Made by a program: the position numbers and the translations under genes. From the NCBI GenBank assembly GCA_963715055.1, contig CAVQRB010000012.1, forward strand, positions 1,640 to 65,639: 64,000 bases of DNA, in the 5' to 3' direction. Positions 27,078 to 38,494 of the stretch are shown here, piece after piece (positions within the stretch are counted from its first letter, which is position 1; every line of letters starts with the position of its first letter). The stretch comes from an uncultured Alphaproteobacteria bacterium (GTDB lineage Bacteria > Pseudomonadota > Alphaproteobacteria > Rhodobacterales > Rhodobacteraceae). Under the pieces are notes generated by a model that was given only the letters and a program-made list of their open reading frames with translations, searched no databases and was not told where the DNA came from.

Positions 27078-28132
27078 CAGTCGATCCCCAGCATCTTGCG
27101 GTTCGCGGCCTCATCCGTTCCACCGTCGGCAAAATCGTCGAAGGCACGCTCCGTCACGCGAATGATATGGTCGGAGACGAATGCCGCTCCCTCGCGCGCC
27201 CCATCCTCTGGATGTTTGAGGCAGCACTCCCATTCGACAACGGCCCAGCCGTCGAAGTCATTGGCCGCCATCTTCGAAAAGACCGCCCCGAAATCCACCT
27301 GCCCGTCGCCCAGCGAGCGGAAGCGCCCGGCCCGGTTCACCCAAGGCTGGTACCCTGAATAGACGCCTTGCCGTCCTGTCGGGTTGAACTCCGCGTCCTT
27401 GACGTGGAACATCTTGATGCGCTCCTTGTAGATGTCCAGATGATCAATGTAATCAAGACATTGCAGGACATAGTGGCTTGGATCGTAGAGCATGTTGCAG
27501 CGGCTGTGATTGTCGACGCGTTCCAAAAACATCTCGAAGGTCACGCCGTCGTGCAGGTCTTCTCCCGGATGGATTTCGTAGCAGAGATCAACCCCGTTCT
27601 CCTCCGCATGATCCAGAAGCGGCCGCCAGCGTCTGGCCAGTTCATCAAAAGCGGTCTCGATCAGGCCTGCGGGCCGTTGCGGCCAAGGGTATACGTAGGG
27701 CCAGGCGAGCGCCCCGGAAAACGTCACGTGCTGAGAGATCCCCAGATTTGCCGAAGCGGTGATCGCTTTTTTCACCTGATCGACCGCCCAGGCTTGCCGC
27801 GCCTTGGGATTCCCATGCACACTTGGGTCTGCAAACCCGTCGAATGCAGCGTCATATGCCGGATGGACGGCGACCAACTGGCCTTGCAGGTGCGTCGACA
27901 GATCCGTCACTTCGATGCCGTTTTCTGCCGCCTCGCCCTTGAAGCTGTCGCAGTAATCCTTGCTCTCGGCAGCTTTCGCGAGATCAAACAGGCGGGCGTC
28001 CCAACTGGGCACCTGCACGCCCTTGTAGCCGCAGTCAGCCGCCCATTTGGTGATGGCACCCCACGAGTTGAACGGGGCTTCATCCCCGGCAAATTGCGCC
28101 AGAAAAAGCGCAGGTCCCTTGATCGTTTTCAT
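27077..28132 (-). CDS. Sugar phosphate isomerase/epimerase (xylose-isomerase-like TIM barrel)
   Basis: Start at MKTIKG (GGGAGGAAAGAGG upstream); EIHPGED, FHVKD motifs typical of the AP-endonuclease-2/XI-like barrel. Confidence 0.85.
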   Translation of the reverse strand: MKTIKGPALFLAQFAGDEAPFNSWGAITKWAADCGYKGVQVPSWDARLFDLAKAAESKDYCDSFKGEAAENGIEVTDLSTHLQGQLVAVHPAYDAAFDGFADPSVHGNPKARQAWAVDQVKKAITASANLGISQHVTFSGALAWPYVYPWPQRPAGLIETAFDELARRWRPLLDHAEENGVDLCYEIHPGEDLHDGVTFEMFLERVDNHSRCNMLYDPSHYVLQCLDYIDHLDIYKERIKMFHVKDAEFNPTGRQGVYSGYQPWVNRAGRFRSLGDGQVDFGAVFSKMAANDFDGWAVVEWECCLKHPEDGAREGAAFVSDHIIRVTERAFDDFADGGTDEAANRKMLGID

Positions 28133-28248
28133 CCTCTTTCCTCCCTTGGGTGCTGCCAACCGAGCGGCAGGTTATTTTCGGTGCCGCTTGTGAAGCGGTC
28201 GTTTTTCAATTGCGCGGATCGGGTCTTCTTCGAGTGACCGATCGCGCC

Positions 28249-29871
28249 TCAACCGCCACTTGATTTGGCCAGACCCTCGAAGACCAGCGCAACGGCCTCG
28301 GCCCCGGGATCGTTGTTGCCCTTGAGATTTTCCGACGGCACATAGGCCGCCCTACCGGCCTTTGCCCGGTGGATGGCGGCGGTGCTGTCTGCGCCTCGGC
28401 GCGCGGCATTCGCTGCGGCTTGCAGACCTTGCCCCAGCACCTCAAGCCCAGGCGCAAGCGCATCAACCATGGTCCGGTCGCCCACCTTCGCTCCGCCGAC
28501 CTCGCTCACTCGGTGCAGAGCTTTCTTGAACGCCTCTTCGACGGTGGATCCATTGGCGGACGCATCCGCTGCGGCATTGAAATAAATGGCGAGAAGCACA
28601 CCGGACGAGCCGCCCATTGTCTGGCTCAACTCATTGCCAAGAGCTGCGAAAAGCTGTGCGGGGTCAGCCAGGGGCAGCCTGTCGAGCCTTGCGTTCAAGG
28701 CTCGCGCAGCGGTGGCCAGTGTGCTGCCCGTATCCCCATCGCCCGACTTTGCATCGAGTTCGTTGAGGCGCGCCTCCGCCGCGATCAAGACCTCGGTGAC
28801 ATTTGCCAGTATGGCACGGGTTCGGTCATCCGCCGAAGGCTCCGCTGCCTTGGGCGCCATGCCTTGAGGGAGCGCCGTCAGCTTGGGTTTTGACAAGCGC
28901 CGGGTGCCCGGCCAGGCCGCCATCGGGACAAGCGCCTCCAGAGCCGCCAGTTCCACCTCATCCGCAGGCAGGACGGAAACCGAAAAGCCATGCATATCGA
29001 GCGAAGTCATCATCGGTGCCGGGCCGATGACGTGGCTGGCGAGTCCAGTTTCAGCCAGAGCGTAGCACAGCACGGACATCTCCAAGGGCGTCGTCGACCC
29101 AAGGTTGTTGATCAGCGCGACGCATGGGCCTTGGCCCAGGTGCGGGCGCAGTTTCTCCATCACCAAGGTGATCGCTTCCGATGCGCCGGCGAAATCGACC
29201 TGTTCCACGCCCGGTTCGCCGTGAATTCCCAATCCCAATTCAGCCATCCCGCTTGGAATGCGGTTTTCCTTCGGCGATCCGGGCACCGTGCAGGTGTCGA
29301 GGCTCTTTCCGATGGACGCAACTTTTGCCACGACCTTGCGCGCGGCGGAGGCAACGTCCTCCAGCGACGCGCCGCTTTCAGCCAGAGCACCCGCGATCTT
29401 GTGCACGAAGAGCGCACCGGCCACGCCGCGCGGCTGCGGCGAGTCCGGCAGCGCCACATCGTCATCGACCACAACCATTTCCACCTTGTATCCCAAGGCC
29501 CGTGCCCGCTCCGCCGCCAGACCGAAATTCAGCCGATCACCGGTATAGTTCTTCACGATCAGAAGGCACCCTGCCTCTCCGGTCACGGCAAGAATGCCCG
29601 CGAGCACCGCATCCACCGACGGCGAGGCGAAAACCTCGCCGCAAACGGCGGCCGTCAGCATCCCGGGTCCGACAAAGCCTGTATGGGCGGGTTCATGCCC
29701 GGCACCGCCGCCCGAAATCAGGGCGACCTTGGATCGGTCCCAGTCGGCGCGATGAACCACCTTGATGTGGGGATAGCCGTCCAGACGCGCCAGCGTTCCG
29801 CCGGAACCGGCCAACAAACCGTCGATGGCTTCTCTGACAAGGTCCTCTCGGGCATTGATAAAATGCACCAT
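28249..29871 (-). CDS. Dihydroxyacetone-kinase-family kinase (fused DhaK+DhaL domains), copy 1
   Basis: SGGGAGHEPAH, NYTGD, DGDTG motifs. Confidence 0.9.
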   Translation of the reverse strand: MVHFINAREDLVREAIDGLLAGSGGTLARLDGYPHIKVVHRADWDRSKVALISGGGAGHEPAHTGFVGPGMLTAAVCGEVFASPSVDAVLAGILAVTGEAGCLLIVKNYTGDRLNFGLAAERARALGYKVEMVVVDDDVALPDSPQPRGVAGALFVHKIAGALAESGASLEDVASAARKVVAKVASIGKSLDTCTVPGSPKENRIPSGMAELGLGIHGEPGVEQVDFAGASEAITLVMEKLRPHLGQGPCVALINNLGSTTPLEMSVLCYALAETGLASHVIGPAPMMTSLDMHGFSVSVLPADEVELAALEALVPMAAWPGTRRLSKPKLTALPQGMAPKAAEPSADDRTRAILANVTEVLIAAEARLNELDAKSGDGDTGSTLATAARALNARLDRLPLADPAQLFAALGNELSQTMGGSSGVLLAIYFNAAADASANGSTVEEAFKKALHRVSEVGGAKVGDRTMVDALAPGLEVLGQGLQAAANAARRGADSTAAIHRAKAGRAAYVPSENLKGNNDPGAEAVALVFEGLAKSSGG

Positions 29872-30733
29872 GTGATCCCGCTACCTCCCTGCGATACACG
29901 AGCCCCTTGGCAAGGGGCGCTGATACGCAATTCGGCGCCCGCGCTGTCATTGTGGCAGGTCCGACGCTAAGTGACCCGCGCAATATGAGTCAATGATTTT
30001 TTGAGTGGCGCACCTCACCATATTGAAGAAAGCCTCCTCACCAGTAAGCGGATCGGCTAGGCAGGCGGGATCTCTCAAGACACGGAGGGCGGGTTTCGGG
30101 CAATCATAGCTGTTGTATCTGTGCCAGAGGTTTTCTCGACATTTTCGGCACAGCATCGCCATTCCGTGACGCTGGCGCCGCAACTTCGATGCTTCAGTGG
30201 CCGGCTACGCGCCTGATGTTGCGGCCTTGGCGGAGCTCGGCCGCCGGTCGGAGTTTTGGGCCTCATCAATGCGCATCAGGATGCGCGAGGTCGGGATGAT
30301 CCGCGCTTTTCTTCCGACCCGACTTGCCACAACCAAGGACAGTCTGGCCAAGCGGGCGGATCCGGCCAGGCATTTCAATTGTCTGGCGGCAGCCCGGTCA
30401 CAACGATTTCGACCGCAGCACGCCTGAAAAATTGTAAAAGGTCATGAATTTGGAGGGCATTTTGGGGAGAAAACCGCAGTTGATGTTGATGCCCGACAAG
30501 CAGCTGCACATCCTGTGAAAGCAGAAACAAGCGTCGTCCTAGCCAGTCATACACATTCGGATGCGGGTTCGATCATCCGTAAAGCCAGCCAGATATCGAT
30601 GGATGACTTGGACGTCATTGGATCACCCACAGGACCGATACAGGACGTGCAGTTGTGACCACTCGGCACTGCACAAGTCGATCATCTGCCCTGGGGTAAG
30701 CCGCGCGCGACAAGAACGTTGCGGTGTGTCGCG

Positions 30734-31417
30734 TCAGGTGTCACGGCGAAGAGGCGGCAGAAATGCCGGGTCCTCTTGCGAACCCATCTCTGACGCCTGT
30801 TTGCCGTAGGTTTTGAAACGGCGCAGGATTTCCTGCATTTCCGCGTCGTCAAGAATGGTCGGAACCCCAAGTTGCCGGGCGAGGATATACTGCCGGCAGA
30901 GGTTCTCCACTTCGACCGCGAGCGCCAGTGCAGCGGCCAGATCGCGCCCGAAACAGATCATCCCGTGATTGGCCAGCAAACAGGCATTTCGACCTTCGAT
31001 CGCCTCAAGCATGGCCGACGAAAGCTCTGCCGTGCCGAAACTGGCATAGGGCGCACAGCGTAAGCTCGCGCCACCGCAAACACCTATCATGTAGTGAAAG
31101 GCGGGGACGTCCTCGCGCAGGCAGGAAATGGCCGTGGCGTGGGGGGCATGCGTATGGACCACTGCCGCGGCTTCCGGTCGCGCACGATAGATATCCATAT
31201 GCATACGCCATTCCGACGATGGCAGGGTCGCGCCAAAATAGCCGCCTTCCAGATCCATTTGCACGATATCCGAGGGCTCCATGACCTCATAGGCGACACC
31301 AGAGGCGGTGATGAGAAAACCCGCCTCGTTACGCGCAGAAACATTGCCGGACTTGCCTGTATTCAGCCCATTCGCGTTCATCGCGAGGCAGGTACGGATG
31401 ATTTCTTCTTCAATCAT
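30734..31417 (-). CDS. Class II aldolase/adducin-family protein (aldolase, epimerase or decarboxylase)
   Basis: GNVSAR, VVHTHAPHATA, LLANHG motifs; start at MIEEEI. Confidence 0.85.
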   Translation of the reverse strand: MIEEEIIRTCLAMNANGLNTGKSGNVSARNEAGFLITASGVAYEVMEPSDIVQMDLEGGYFGATLPSSEWRMHMDIYRARPEAAAVVHTHAPHATAISCLREDVPAFHYMIGVCGGASLRCAPYASFGTAELSSAMLEAIEGRNACLLANHGMICFGRDLAAALALAVEVENLCRQYILARQLGVPTILDDAEMQEILRRFKTYGKQASEMGSQEDPAFLPPLRRDT

Positions 31418-31460
31418 CAAGGACTGGTCCTGTTGCTGGCGCCATGCCGGGCTTGTTTTG

Positions 31461-32201
31461 TCAGTAGGTTGCCCTGCCGCCCGACAAATCAAACACACCT
31501 GCCGTCGTAAAGCTGTTCTCGCGCGACACCAGCCAAGCGATCATGGATGCCGCCTCTTTGACCTCCAGAAAGCGGTTGCGCGGAATTTTCGAGAGCATGT
31601 AGTCGATGTGCTCCTGACTCATCTGGTCGAAGATACGCGTGCGCGCCGCGGCGGGAGTGACGCAATTCACGGCGATGTCCTGACCGGAGAGTTCTTTGCC
31701 CAAGGACTTCGTCAGCCCGATGACCCCTGCCTTCGAGGCGGAATAGGCGGAGGCATTGGGGTTTCCCTCTTTGCCCGCGATCGACGCGATATTGACGATA
31801 CGGCCGTAACCGGCGGCGCGCATGCCGGGCACCAGCGCCTTGTTGACATGAAAGGTGCCGTTCAGGTTGATGGCCACGATCTTGGCGAATTCATCTACCG
31901 GATAATCCTCTACGGTCGCGTTCATGCCCGCAACACCGGCCGAATTGACAAGAATGTCGACACGCCCCGTCGCCTCGAGCGTCTTGTCCCGCGCGGCGCA
32001 GACACTGTTCCAGTCAGCGATGTCCACCCCTATGGCGAGGCTATCGGCCCCAAGCTCAGCCGCAGCCTGACGTGCAAGCTGGGCATCCTGATCCCAGATC
32101 ACAATCCGCGCGCCGCGTCTTTGCAACTCTTCGCAAACGGCGAGGCCAATGCCCTGCGCACCGCCGGTGATGACTGCCACCTGCCCTGAAAAATCCGTCA
32201 T
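31461..32201 (-). CDS. SDR-family oxidoreductase
   Basis: VAVITGGAQGIG, NSAG, YSASKAG motifs; ATGA overlap with upstream gene. Confidence 0.9.
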   Translation of the reverse strand: MTDFSGQVAVITGGAQGIGLAVCEELQRRGARIVIWDQDAQLARQAAAELGADSLAIGVDIADWNSVCAARDKTLEATGRVDILVNSAGVAGMNATVEDYPVDEFAKIVAINLNGTFHVNKALVPGMRAAGYGRIVNIASIAGKEGNPNASAYSASKAGVIGLTKSLGKELSGQDIAVNCVTPAAARTRIFDQMSQEHIDYMLSKIPRNRFLEVKEAASMIAWLVSRENSFTTAGVFDLSGGRATY

Positions 32202-33064
32202 GCCGCGTCCCATCCTTCACGAATGCAACGATATCCGTCGCGATAATATGCCTCGGGGCTTTCCGCGAAGTCGCGCCAGACCCGCGTTGCCGCCGCAAGC
32301 TCCGGCAAGCCCCGCCCGAAAGCCTCGATGGTCAGCCAACGGTCGTAGCCGGAGGCTTTGATCGCCCGGAACGTTTCCGCCCAGGGGACATGCCCCCGCC
32401 CCGGGACGCCACGATCGTTTTCCGAGATATGGACATGGACCACCTGGTCTGCATTGCGTGTAAACGCTCCAACCGGATCCCGCTCCTCGAGATTGGCGTG
32501 AAAGGTGTCATACATCGTCTTGATCGCGGGATGGTTCAGCGAAGCCGTATAGGCACAAAGATCATCCATCGTATTGGCGAAATAGGACTCAAAGCGGTTG
32601 ATCGCTTCAAGGGCGATCATCACCCCGTTGGACAGCGCGTAATCGCCGACCTTGGCGTGCACCTCGCGTGCCCGGTCGAACTCCGCCGCCGTGGTCCCGG
32701 CGCCGGAAAAATGCCCCAGTGTCTGGTGCAGCGGCCCACCGATTGCATCCGCCCCCAGCGCCGCGGTGCAATCCACACACCACTTGAGATAATCGACCGC
32801 CGCCTGCCGCGTCGCCGGGTCCTCGCTCAGCGGGTTCTTCTCCAGTGTCGGCACCACGGAGATGGCGGTGCGACCCAGCCCCAGCGTATCGAGCATCTTG
32901 CCGATCGCTGCGTAATCGTCCGGGGAGCCGTCGAACACCGGTATCTCGACCCCATCGTATCCCGTTTTCTTTATGTCCGCGAGCAGCGCCTTGTGCTCCT
33001 CCCCTACGGAGGTTGTCCAAAGCAACATGCAAAATCCGATTTTCACGACCCGTCCCCCCGGCAT
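32198..33064 (-). CDS. Sugar phosphate isomerase/epimerase TIM barrel (ketose 3-epimerase / hydroxypyruvate-isomerase-like)
   Basis: GYDGVEIP, ALEAINRFE, HISEND motifs; alternative GTG start at 33046. Confidence 0.85.
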   Translation of the reverse strand: MPGGRVVKIGFCMLLWTTSVGEEHKALLADIKKTGYDGVEIPVFDGSPDDYAAIGKMLDTLGLGRTAISVVPTLEKNPLSEDPATRQAAVDYLKWCVDCTAALGADAIGGPLHQTLGHFSGAGTTAAEFDRAREVHAKVGDYALSNGVMIALEAINRFESYFANTMDDLCAYTASLNHPAIKTMYDTFHANLEERDPVGAFTRNADQVVHVHISENDRGVPGRGHVPWAETFRAIKASGYDRWLTIEAFGRGLPELAAATRVWRDFAESPEAYYRDGYRCIREGWDAA

Positions 33065-33200
33065 GTTCCAGCCTAAAGACTATATCTGCATGATGAGGGA
33101 AAACCAAAGCAATTTCTGACGTGCGCACGTCAGAAAATTGAATACTTTCCGGCTCAGGTGTGCAAGCATGCCGCATCAACGCATGTGTGGGGAGGACACT

Positions 33201-34244
33201 ATGGCGACAAACACATACCCGAAATTGCATAATGCCATGTGGCCAGGACTGGTCGGCAAAGGCGAAGAAGAGCCGCCGATCAGCCTTGACAGGATGCTGG
33301 ACCTGACCGAGGCCGCAGAAGTGGATGGCGTGAAATTCGATGGCGTCGATCTGTTTCTGGCGGACCCGCATACGCCCATCGACGCGGATGACGACACCAT
33401 CAAGGCATTGGCGGACAACGTCGGGCGGCGCGGCCTCAAGATCGGATCCGCGGTCGCACCGGTCTGGCCGCCTGTGGGGGGCGGATCGGCCATGGATGAA
33501 GGCGAAGGGCGCGCGGCCTTCCTGAACGCAGTGCGCCGGTCCTGCCATATCATGGGCCGTTTGCGCGATCTGGGCGTACGCGACGGTGGCGTGATCCGGG
33601 TGGACACCGCGACGGATGTGGCAAGCTGGGCGAAAGATCCCGCCGGCAACACGGCCAAAATGGCCGAAACCATGCGGCAGGCCTGCGACATTGCCGCGGA
33701 CAGTGGCGAGAAACTTGCCGCCGAAGGGGAAATCTGCTGGGGCGGAATGCACAGCTGGAAACACATGCTGAACCTGCTCGAGGCGGTGGACCGCCCCGGC
33801 ACCTTCGGGTTCCAGGCGGATATGGCGCATACGATGCTTTATGCGCTCGGCTACAACGCGCCAGAGCACCGCCTGCTGCCCGAAGGCTACGACTGGAAGG
33901 ACCCGGCAGAGCTGGACAAGGCCATCAAGACCATCACGGATGCCCTGCGCCCATGGACGATCGACTTCCATGTCGCACAGAACGACGGGACGGTGCATGG
34001 CAGCGGCAGTCACGACAAGACAGGTCGGCACTGCATGGCAACGGATCCGAAGGGCAAGCTCGACATAGTCAAACATGCAGGCTTCTGGCTCGACAATCCG
34101 GATGGCACACCAACGAAAGCGATGCGGCACATCTGCTGGGATGGCTGCATGTTCCCCAACGCGGTGCTGGAAGATCAGCAGACATGGAACGACATTCTGG
34201 CCACGATGATCCGCGTCCGCGACGCCCATGGCTGGCAAGCATAA
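33201..34244 (+). CDS. Xylose-isomerase-like TIM-barrel protein
   Basis: Start at MATNTYPKL (GGGGAGGA SD); [18 protein letters not shown] motifs; divergent from 33064 operon. Confidence 0.8.
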   Translation: MATNTYPKLHNAMWPGLVGKGEEEPPISLDRMLDLTEAAEVDGVKFDGVDLFLADPHTPIDADDDTIKALADNVGRRGLKIGSAVAPVWPPVGGGSAMDEGEGRAAFLNAVRRSCHIMGRLRDLGVRDGGVIRVDTATDVASWAKDPAGNTAKMAETMRQACDIAADSGEKLAAEGEICWGGMHSWKHMLNLLEAVDRPGTFGFQADMAHTMLYALGYNAPEHRLLPEGYDWKDPAELDKAIKTITDALRPWTIDFHVAQNDGTVHGSGSHDKTGRHCMATDPKGKLDIVKHAGFWLDNPDGTPTKAMRHICWDGCMFPNAVLEDQQTWNDILATMIRVRDAHGWQA

Positions 34245-34254
34245 GGAGGCTCGC

Positions 34255-35391
34255 ATGACAAAACCGAAACTGAGAATTGGCATGGTAGGCTACGGATTCA
34301 TGGGGCGCACCCATTCCAACGCCTTTCTGACGGCGCCACGGTTTTTCGACCTGCCCCGGCAGCCGGAACTGACCGCGATCTGCGCCCGCGACCGAGGCCG
34401 CGCCGAAGCCTTCGCCCAGAACTGGGGCTACGGATCGGTCGAGACCGACTGGAAGGCGCTCGTCGCGCGCGATGATATCGATCTGATCGACATTGCCGCC
34501 CCGAACGACACGCATATGGAAATCGCAATTGCCGCCGCGCAGGCGGGAAAGATGGTCATGTGTGAAAAGCCCCTGGGTCGCTCCAGCGCGGAAAGCCAGA
34601 AGATGGTGGACGCGGTCGAGAAAGCGGGCGTGGCCAATATGGTCTGGTACAATTACCGGCGCATCCCTGCGGTTTCACTGGCCAAGCAGCTGATCGACGA
34701 TGGCCAGCTTGGGCGCATCTTCCATTACCGCGCCAAGTTCCTCCAGGACTGGACGATTTCGGCCGATCTGCCGCAGGGCGGTGAAGGGCTTTGGCGCCTC
34801 GACAAGGCGGTGGCAGGCAGCGGCGTGACGGGTGATTTGCTTGCACATTGCATCGACACGGCCATGTGGTTGAACGGTGGCATCGACAAGGTCACGGCCA
34901 TGACCGAAACCTTCGTCAAGGAGCGGGCACATACGCTCACCGGCAAGGTCGAACCGGTGGGTATCGATGACGCCTGCGCCTTCTTGGGTCGGTTCTCGAA
35001 CGGCTCGCTTGCGACCTTCGAATCCACGCGTTACGCGCGCGGGCACAAGGCGCTTTATACGCTGGAGATCAACGGGGAGCATGGGTCGATCTTCTGGGAC
35101 CTGCACGACCTACACCGGCTGGAGTATTTCGATCACCGCGATGAGGGCCTCACGCGCGGCTGGCGGTCGGTACACGTGACAGACGGCGATCATCCCTACA
35201 TGGACAAATGGTGGGTGCCGGGTCTGTCGATCGGCTACGACGAGAGTTTCACGCATCAGGCGGCGGACTTCATCATGGGGCTCGACGGCAAGGCAGCCGC
35301 ACCGACCTTTGCGGATGCGTTGAAGACCGACAAGGTGACGGATGCGGTCCTGAAATCCGCCGAAACCGGGCGATGGGAAACCGCAACCTGA
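34255..35391 (+). CDS. Gfo/Idh/MocA-family oxidoreductase
   Basis: AAGGAGG SD; [22 protein letters not shown] motifs. Confidence 0.9.
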   Translation: MTKPKLRIGMVGYGFMGRTHSNAFLTAPRFFDLPRQPELTAICARDRGRAEAFAQNWGYGSVETDWKALVARDDIDLIDIAAPNDTHMEIAIAAAQAGKMVMCEKPLGRSSAESQKMVDAVEKAGVANMVWYNYRRIPAVSLAKQLIDDGQLGRIFHYRAKFLQDWTISADLPQGGEGLWRLDKAVAGSGVTGDLLAHCIDTAMWLNGGIDKVTAMTETFVKERAHTLTGKVEPVGIDDACAFLGRFSNGSLATFESTRYARGHKALYTLEINGEHGSIFWDLHDLHRLEYFDHRDEGLTRGWRSVHVTDGDHPYMDKWWVPGLSIGYDESFTHQAADFIMGLDGKAAAPTFADALKTDKVTDAVLKSAETGRWETAT

Positions 35392-35520
35392 GCGTCACAG
35401 CCAATAATCGTGCTGCATAGGCCCCCGGTTGGCCTATGCGCATCGCGCCCTATATCGACGGATACGAACGATATTTGGATGCGGAGATGGCCATGAGAAA
35501 ACTACGCGCAACCGCCTTGG

Positions 35521-36045
35521 TTGCCGGCATGCTTTTTGAACTCCCCGGTTCTTGCGGAGTATTTTGATCTGGAAACCTTCGAGGGCGGTGCAGAACAGCG
35601 GTGGGAGTTCATCACGGATGGCGTGATGGGCGGCGTCTCCGAAGGCAGCGCCGTCATAGGCATCATCGATGGCGATCCCGGCATCCGACTGACCGGCACT
35701 GTGAGCACAAGGAACAATGGTGGCTTCCTTCAGGCCCGACGCATGCTACCGGATGGTCTGCCGGACGATACCGAAGGTTTCGTGCTGGATCTGCGCGGCA
35801 ACGGCCAGACCTATTATGTTTTTCTCCGGACGAGGGAGATGACCCGTCCCTGGTATTACTACAACGCGGGTTTTGAGGCGAAACCCTCCTGGCAGACCGT
35901 CCGCCTCCCGCTGAACGCGTTCAAAAGATCCCATGCGCATCTCGCCGAGGAGATCTCACCTGCGGAGATCATCAGCATCGGGTTGTTCGCCTATGGGCAG
36001 GACTTTGACGCGGATCTGATGGTGCGCAAGATCAGCCTGTACTAG
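35521..36045 (+). CDS. CIA30-family protein (apparent frameshift separates it from its signal peptide)
   Basis: WEFITDGVMGGVS...NNGGF motif of CIA30. This frame only offers a TTG start; an ATG + signal peptide ORF (35487..35567) lies in another frame upstream of a T5 run. Confidence 0.65.
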   Translation: MPACFLNSPVLAEYFDLETFEGGAEQRWEFITDGVMGGVSEGSAVIGIIDGDPGIRLTGTVSTRNNGGFLQARRMLPDGLPDDTEGFVLDLRGNGQTYYVFLRTREMTRPWYYYNAGFEAKPSWQTVRLPLNAFKRSHAHLAEEISPAEIISIGLFAYGQDFDADLMVRKISLY

Positions 36046-36449
36046 CGCCGCGCCCGCAAGTCCTTCCAGGGGCTTTCCTCCGCCACATCGACCAGTTCGT
36101 AGCCTGCATTACCGACACAAGGCCCAAGAATCGCCAGCAGCTGCGCTTGCTCGTCGCCGACATTGAAACTTGCGTGCACCACATCTGCACCAATGAAGAC
36201 GCTGTCGCCCGGGCCCAGAATGCGTTTCTCCTGATCGAGCCACTGCTCGACCCTGCCTGACATGACGTAGATCACCTCTTCCTGATCGGGGTGTTTGTGG
36301 AAGTCATGCCCCTCGCCGGGGGAAATGCTGACCTCGATCACCGTCAGGTTCCGTGCACCCGTTGCCGGCGGGCTGCTCATCCATCGCAGTTTGCCCCAGG
36401 CCAGCTCTTCCGCCGGCGTCTCACGTGACATCATGAAAGTTCCGCTCAT
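36042..36449 (-). CDS. Cupin-domain protein
   Basis: GEGHDFHKHPDQEEVIYVMSG...GDSVFIGADVVH cupin motifs 1 and 2. Confidence 0.8.
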   Translation of the reverse strand: MSGTFMMSRETPAEELAWGKLRWMSSPPATGARNLTVIEVSISPGEGHDFHKHPDQEEVIYVMSGRVEQWLDQEKRILGPGDSVFIGADVVHASFNVGDEQAQLLAILGPCVGNAGYELVDVAEESPWKDLRARR

Positions 36450-36452
36450 GCT

Positions 36453-37289
36453 CTACACCTTCCCTATATCGACGAAAGCCTGCATCTGCGCGGTCAGTGC
36501 CTTCTCGCTCGGCAAGCGCTCCATTGAACTGGCGCCGTAAAAGCCATGGCATCCCGTGCTGCGATCCAGCACGAAGGCCGCATCTTCCGGCATGGAAATC
36601 GGCCCTCCGTGGCAGAGCACGATCACATCTTCACGCACCTGCCGGGCTGCATCGATGATGGCATCGATGGCGGGCACGCAGTCTTCGAGCGAGAGGGCCG
36701 TACCCGCGCCGATGTCCCCGCCCGTGGTCAGACCCATGTGGGCGACAACGACATCCGCGCCCGCTTCGGTCATTGCGACCGCTTCATCAGGGTTGAACAC
36801 ATAAGGGGTCGTGAGCATGTCGCGCGCATGGGCCGCGCGGATCAGATCGACCTCCAGCCCATATCCCATGCCGGTTTCCTCGAGATTTGCGCGGAACATG
36901 CCATCGATGAGACCGACGGTCGGGAAATTCTGCACCCCGGAAAAGCCTAAGGCGATCAGATCGTCCAGAAACTTGTCGCGCAGCATGAAAGGGTCGGTGC
37001 CGTTCACCCCCGCCAATACAGGCGTATCCTTCACCACGGGCAGAACTTCGCGCGCCATGTCGACGACGATCTCGTTTGCGTTGCCATAGGCGAGCAGACC
37101 CGCAAGCGAGCCGCGCCCCGCCATCCGGTAGCGCCCGGAGTTGTAGATCACGATCAGATCGACGCCACCCGCCTCTTCGCAGCGCGCAGAGAGGCCCGTC
37201 CCGGCGCCGCCGCCGATGATCGGGCGACCGGCCTCGATCTTGGCGCGCAAGCGGGCGAGAATGGTGCTGCGGGGGATACGTGGCATCAA
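36453..37289 (-). CDS. Phosphoenolpyruvate-hydrolase-like TIM-barrel protein (Tm-1 C-terminal-domain homologue)
   Basis: [12 protein letters not shown]...[21 protein letters not shown]...NFPTVG motifs; ATGA overlap with UPF0261 gene. Confidence 0.8.
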   Translation of the reverse strand: MMPRIPRSTILARLRAKIEAGRPIIGGGAGTGLSARCEEAGGVDLIVIYNSGRYRMAGRGSLAGLLAYGNANEIVVDMAREVLPVVKDTPVLAGVNGTDPFMLRDKFLDDLIALGFSGVQNFPTVGLIDGMFRANLEETGMGYGLEVDLIRAAHARDMLTTPYVFNPDEAVAMTEAGADVVVAHMGLTTGGDIGAGTALSLEDCVPAIDAIIDAARQVREDVIVLCHGGPISMPEDAAFVLDRSTGCHGFYGASSMERLPSEKALTAQMQAFVDIGKV

Positions 37290-38494
37290 AGGCCTCCGGC
37301 TATGCTGTGGAATTCGGAGAAAGCGACGTCGGCGAATTCGGACGTATTGATGTTGTGCGGCACACGTATCACCCGGCGCGCGTCGGAGAGTTGCACATGA
37401 GCCTCGATTGCATCGAAGAGCGCTGCATCCGCCTCCGGATCGTGGAACGGTTGACCCGGTGCGTCAAGGGCGCTCACGCCGCCTTCCGGGATCAGAAAGC
37501 GCACCGGGCCAGCCATCCGGTTGAGGCGGCCCGCGATCCATTCCCCGAAGCTCCGGTTTTCCTCTGGCGACGTGCGCATGAGCGTGACCTGCGGATTGTG
37601 GACATGAAAGAGCCGCCCCTCGAACGCCCTTGGCACCGTGTCGCGCGGCCCGAAATTGACCATGTCGAGCGCTCCGCAAGACCCGACATAGGGCACCTTT
37701 TTCCGGATCACCGCGCCCATGCGGTCGTCGGTTGCGGGAAATATGCCACCGACCAGCATGTCGGCCACCTCGGTCGTCGTGAGGTCGATCACCGCGCCGA
37801 TCATCCCGGCGTCCACCAGATGTTCCATCGACTGACCGCCGGTGCCGGTCGCGTGGAAAACGATTGCATCGCGGTCTGGAGCCAATGCCTGCGCGATGCG
37901 AGAGACAGAATGCGTCGTCACCCCGAACATCGTCAAGCCGACGGCGGGGCGCTGATCCTCGCCCGGCAACCCGGCGGCATGCTGCATCATCCCTGCCATG
38001 GCGTGCGCCGCATTGCCCAGAATCCGGCTGGAGATGCGGTTGATCCCCTGAATATCGGCAACGGAGTAGACCATGTTGATATCGCTCGCCCCGATGTATC
38101 CTGCGACATTGCCGCTGGCGACAGTAGAAACCAGCACCTTGGGCAGACCTATGGCCAAGGCGCGCATCGCCGGGGCCACCAGCGCCGTGCCACCGGAGCC
38201 GCCCGCGCCGATCATGCCGCCGATCCAATCCGCTTGACGCACATAGGCCTCAAAGGCCCGCGCCATTGCCGCGATTGCCGCGCCCCGATCAGTGTTCTTC
38301 ATGACCGCGGCGGCACCGTCGGGGTGATGATCCGCAACCTGAGCCGCCGAGACATCCGTTTTGCCGCGCGGACCGGAACCTGTGCTCAGGTCAATGGTGC
38401 GGACGTTCACCCCGGCGTCGCGCAGACGGTCCGCGATAAATGTCAGTTCCTCAGCCTTGGTATCAAAGGTACCGGCGACAGCGACGAAGGTCAC
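37286..38494 (-). CDS. UPF0261-family protein (Tm-1 N-terminal-domain homologue)
   Basis: [15 protein letters not shown]-terminus, [16 protein letters not shown] motifs. GTG start overlaps kinase stop (GTGA); ORF to 38608 trimmed. Confidence 0.8.
   Translation of the reverse strand: MTFVAVAGTFDTKAEELTFIADRLRDAGVNVRTIDLSTGSGPRGKTDVSAAQVADHHPDGAAAVMKNTDRGAAIAAMARAFEAYVRQADWIGGMIGAGGSGGTALVAPAMRALAIGLPKVLVSTVASGNVAGYIGASDINMVYSVADIQGINRISSRILGNAAHAMAGMMQHAAGLPGEDQRPAVGLTMFGVTTHSVSRIAQALAPDRDAIVFHATGTGGQSMEHLVDAGMIGAVIDLTTTEVADMLVGGIFPATDDRMGAVIRKKVPYVGSCGALDMVNFGPRDTVPRAFEGRLFHVHNPQVTLMRTSPEENRSFGEWIAGRLNRMAGPVRFLIPEGGVSALDAPGQPFHDPEADAALFDAIEAHVQLSDARRVIRVPHNINTSEFADVAFSEFHSIAGGL

Noticed and set aside
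25923-27362. 479-aa plus-strand ORF; also 32607..34283 (-), 558 aa, and 61168..62439 (-), 423 aa
   Set aside because: These are antisense to well-supported Gfo/Idh/MocA, TIM-barrel and DUF3604 genes, and their composition is non-protein-like.
29947-30183. 78-aa minus-strand ORF with several Cys (CRKCRENLW...) in the 860-bp gap
   Set aside because: It has no SD site, atypical codon usage and no recognisable family. It is probably a chance ORF in AT-richer DNA.
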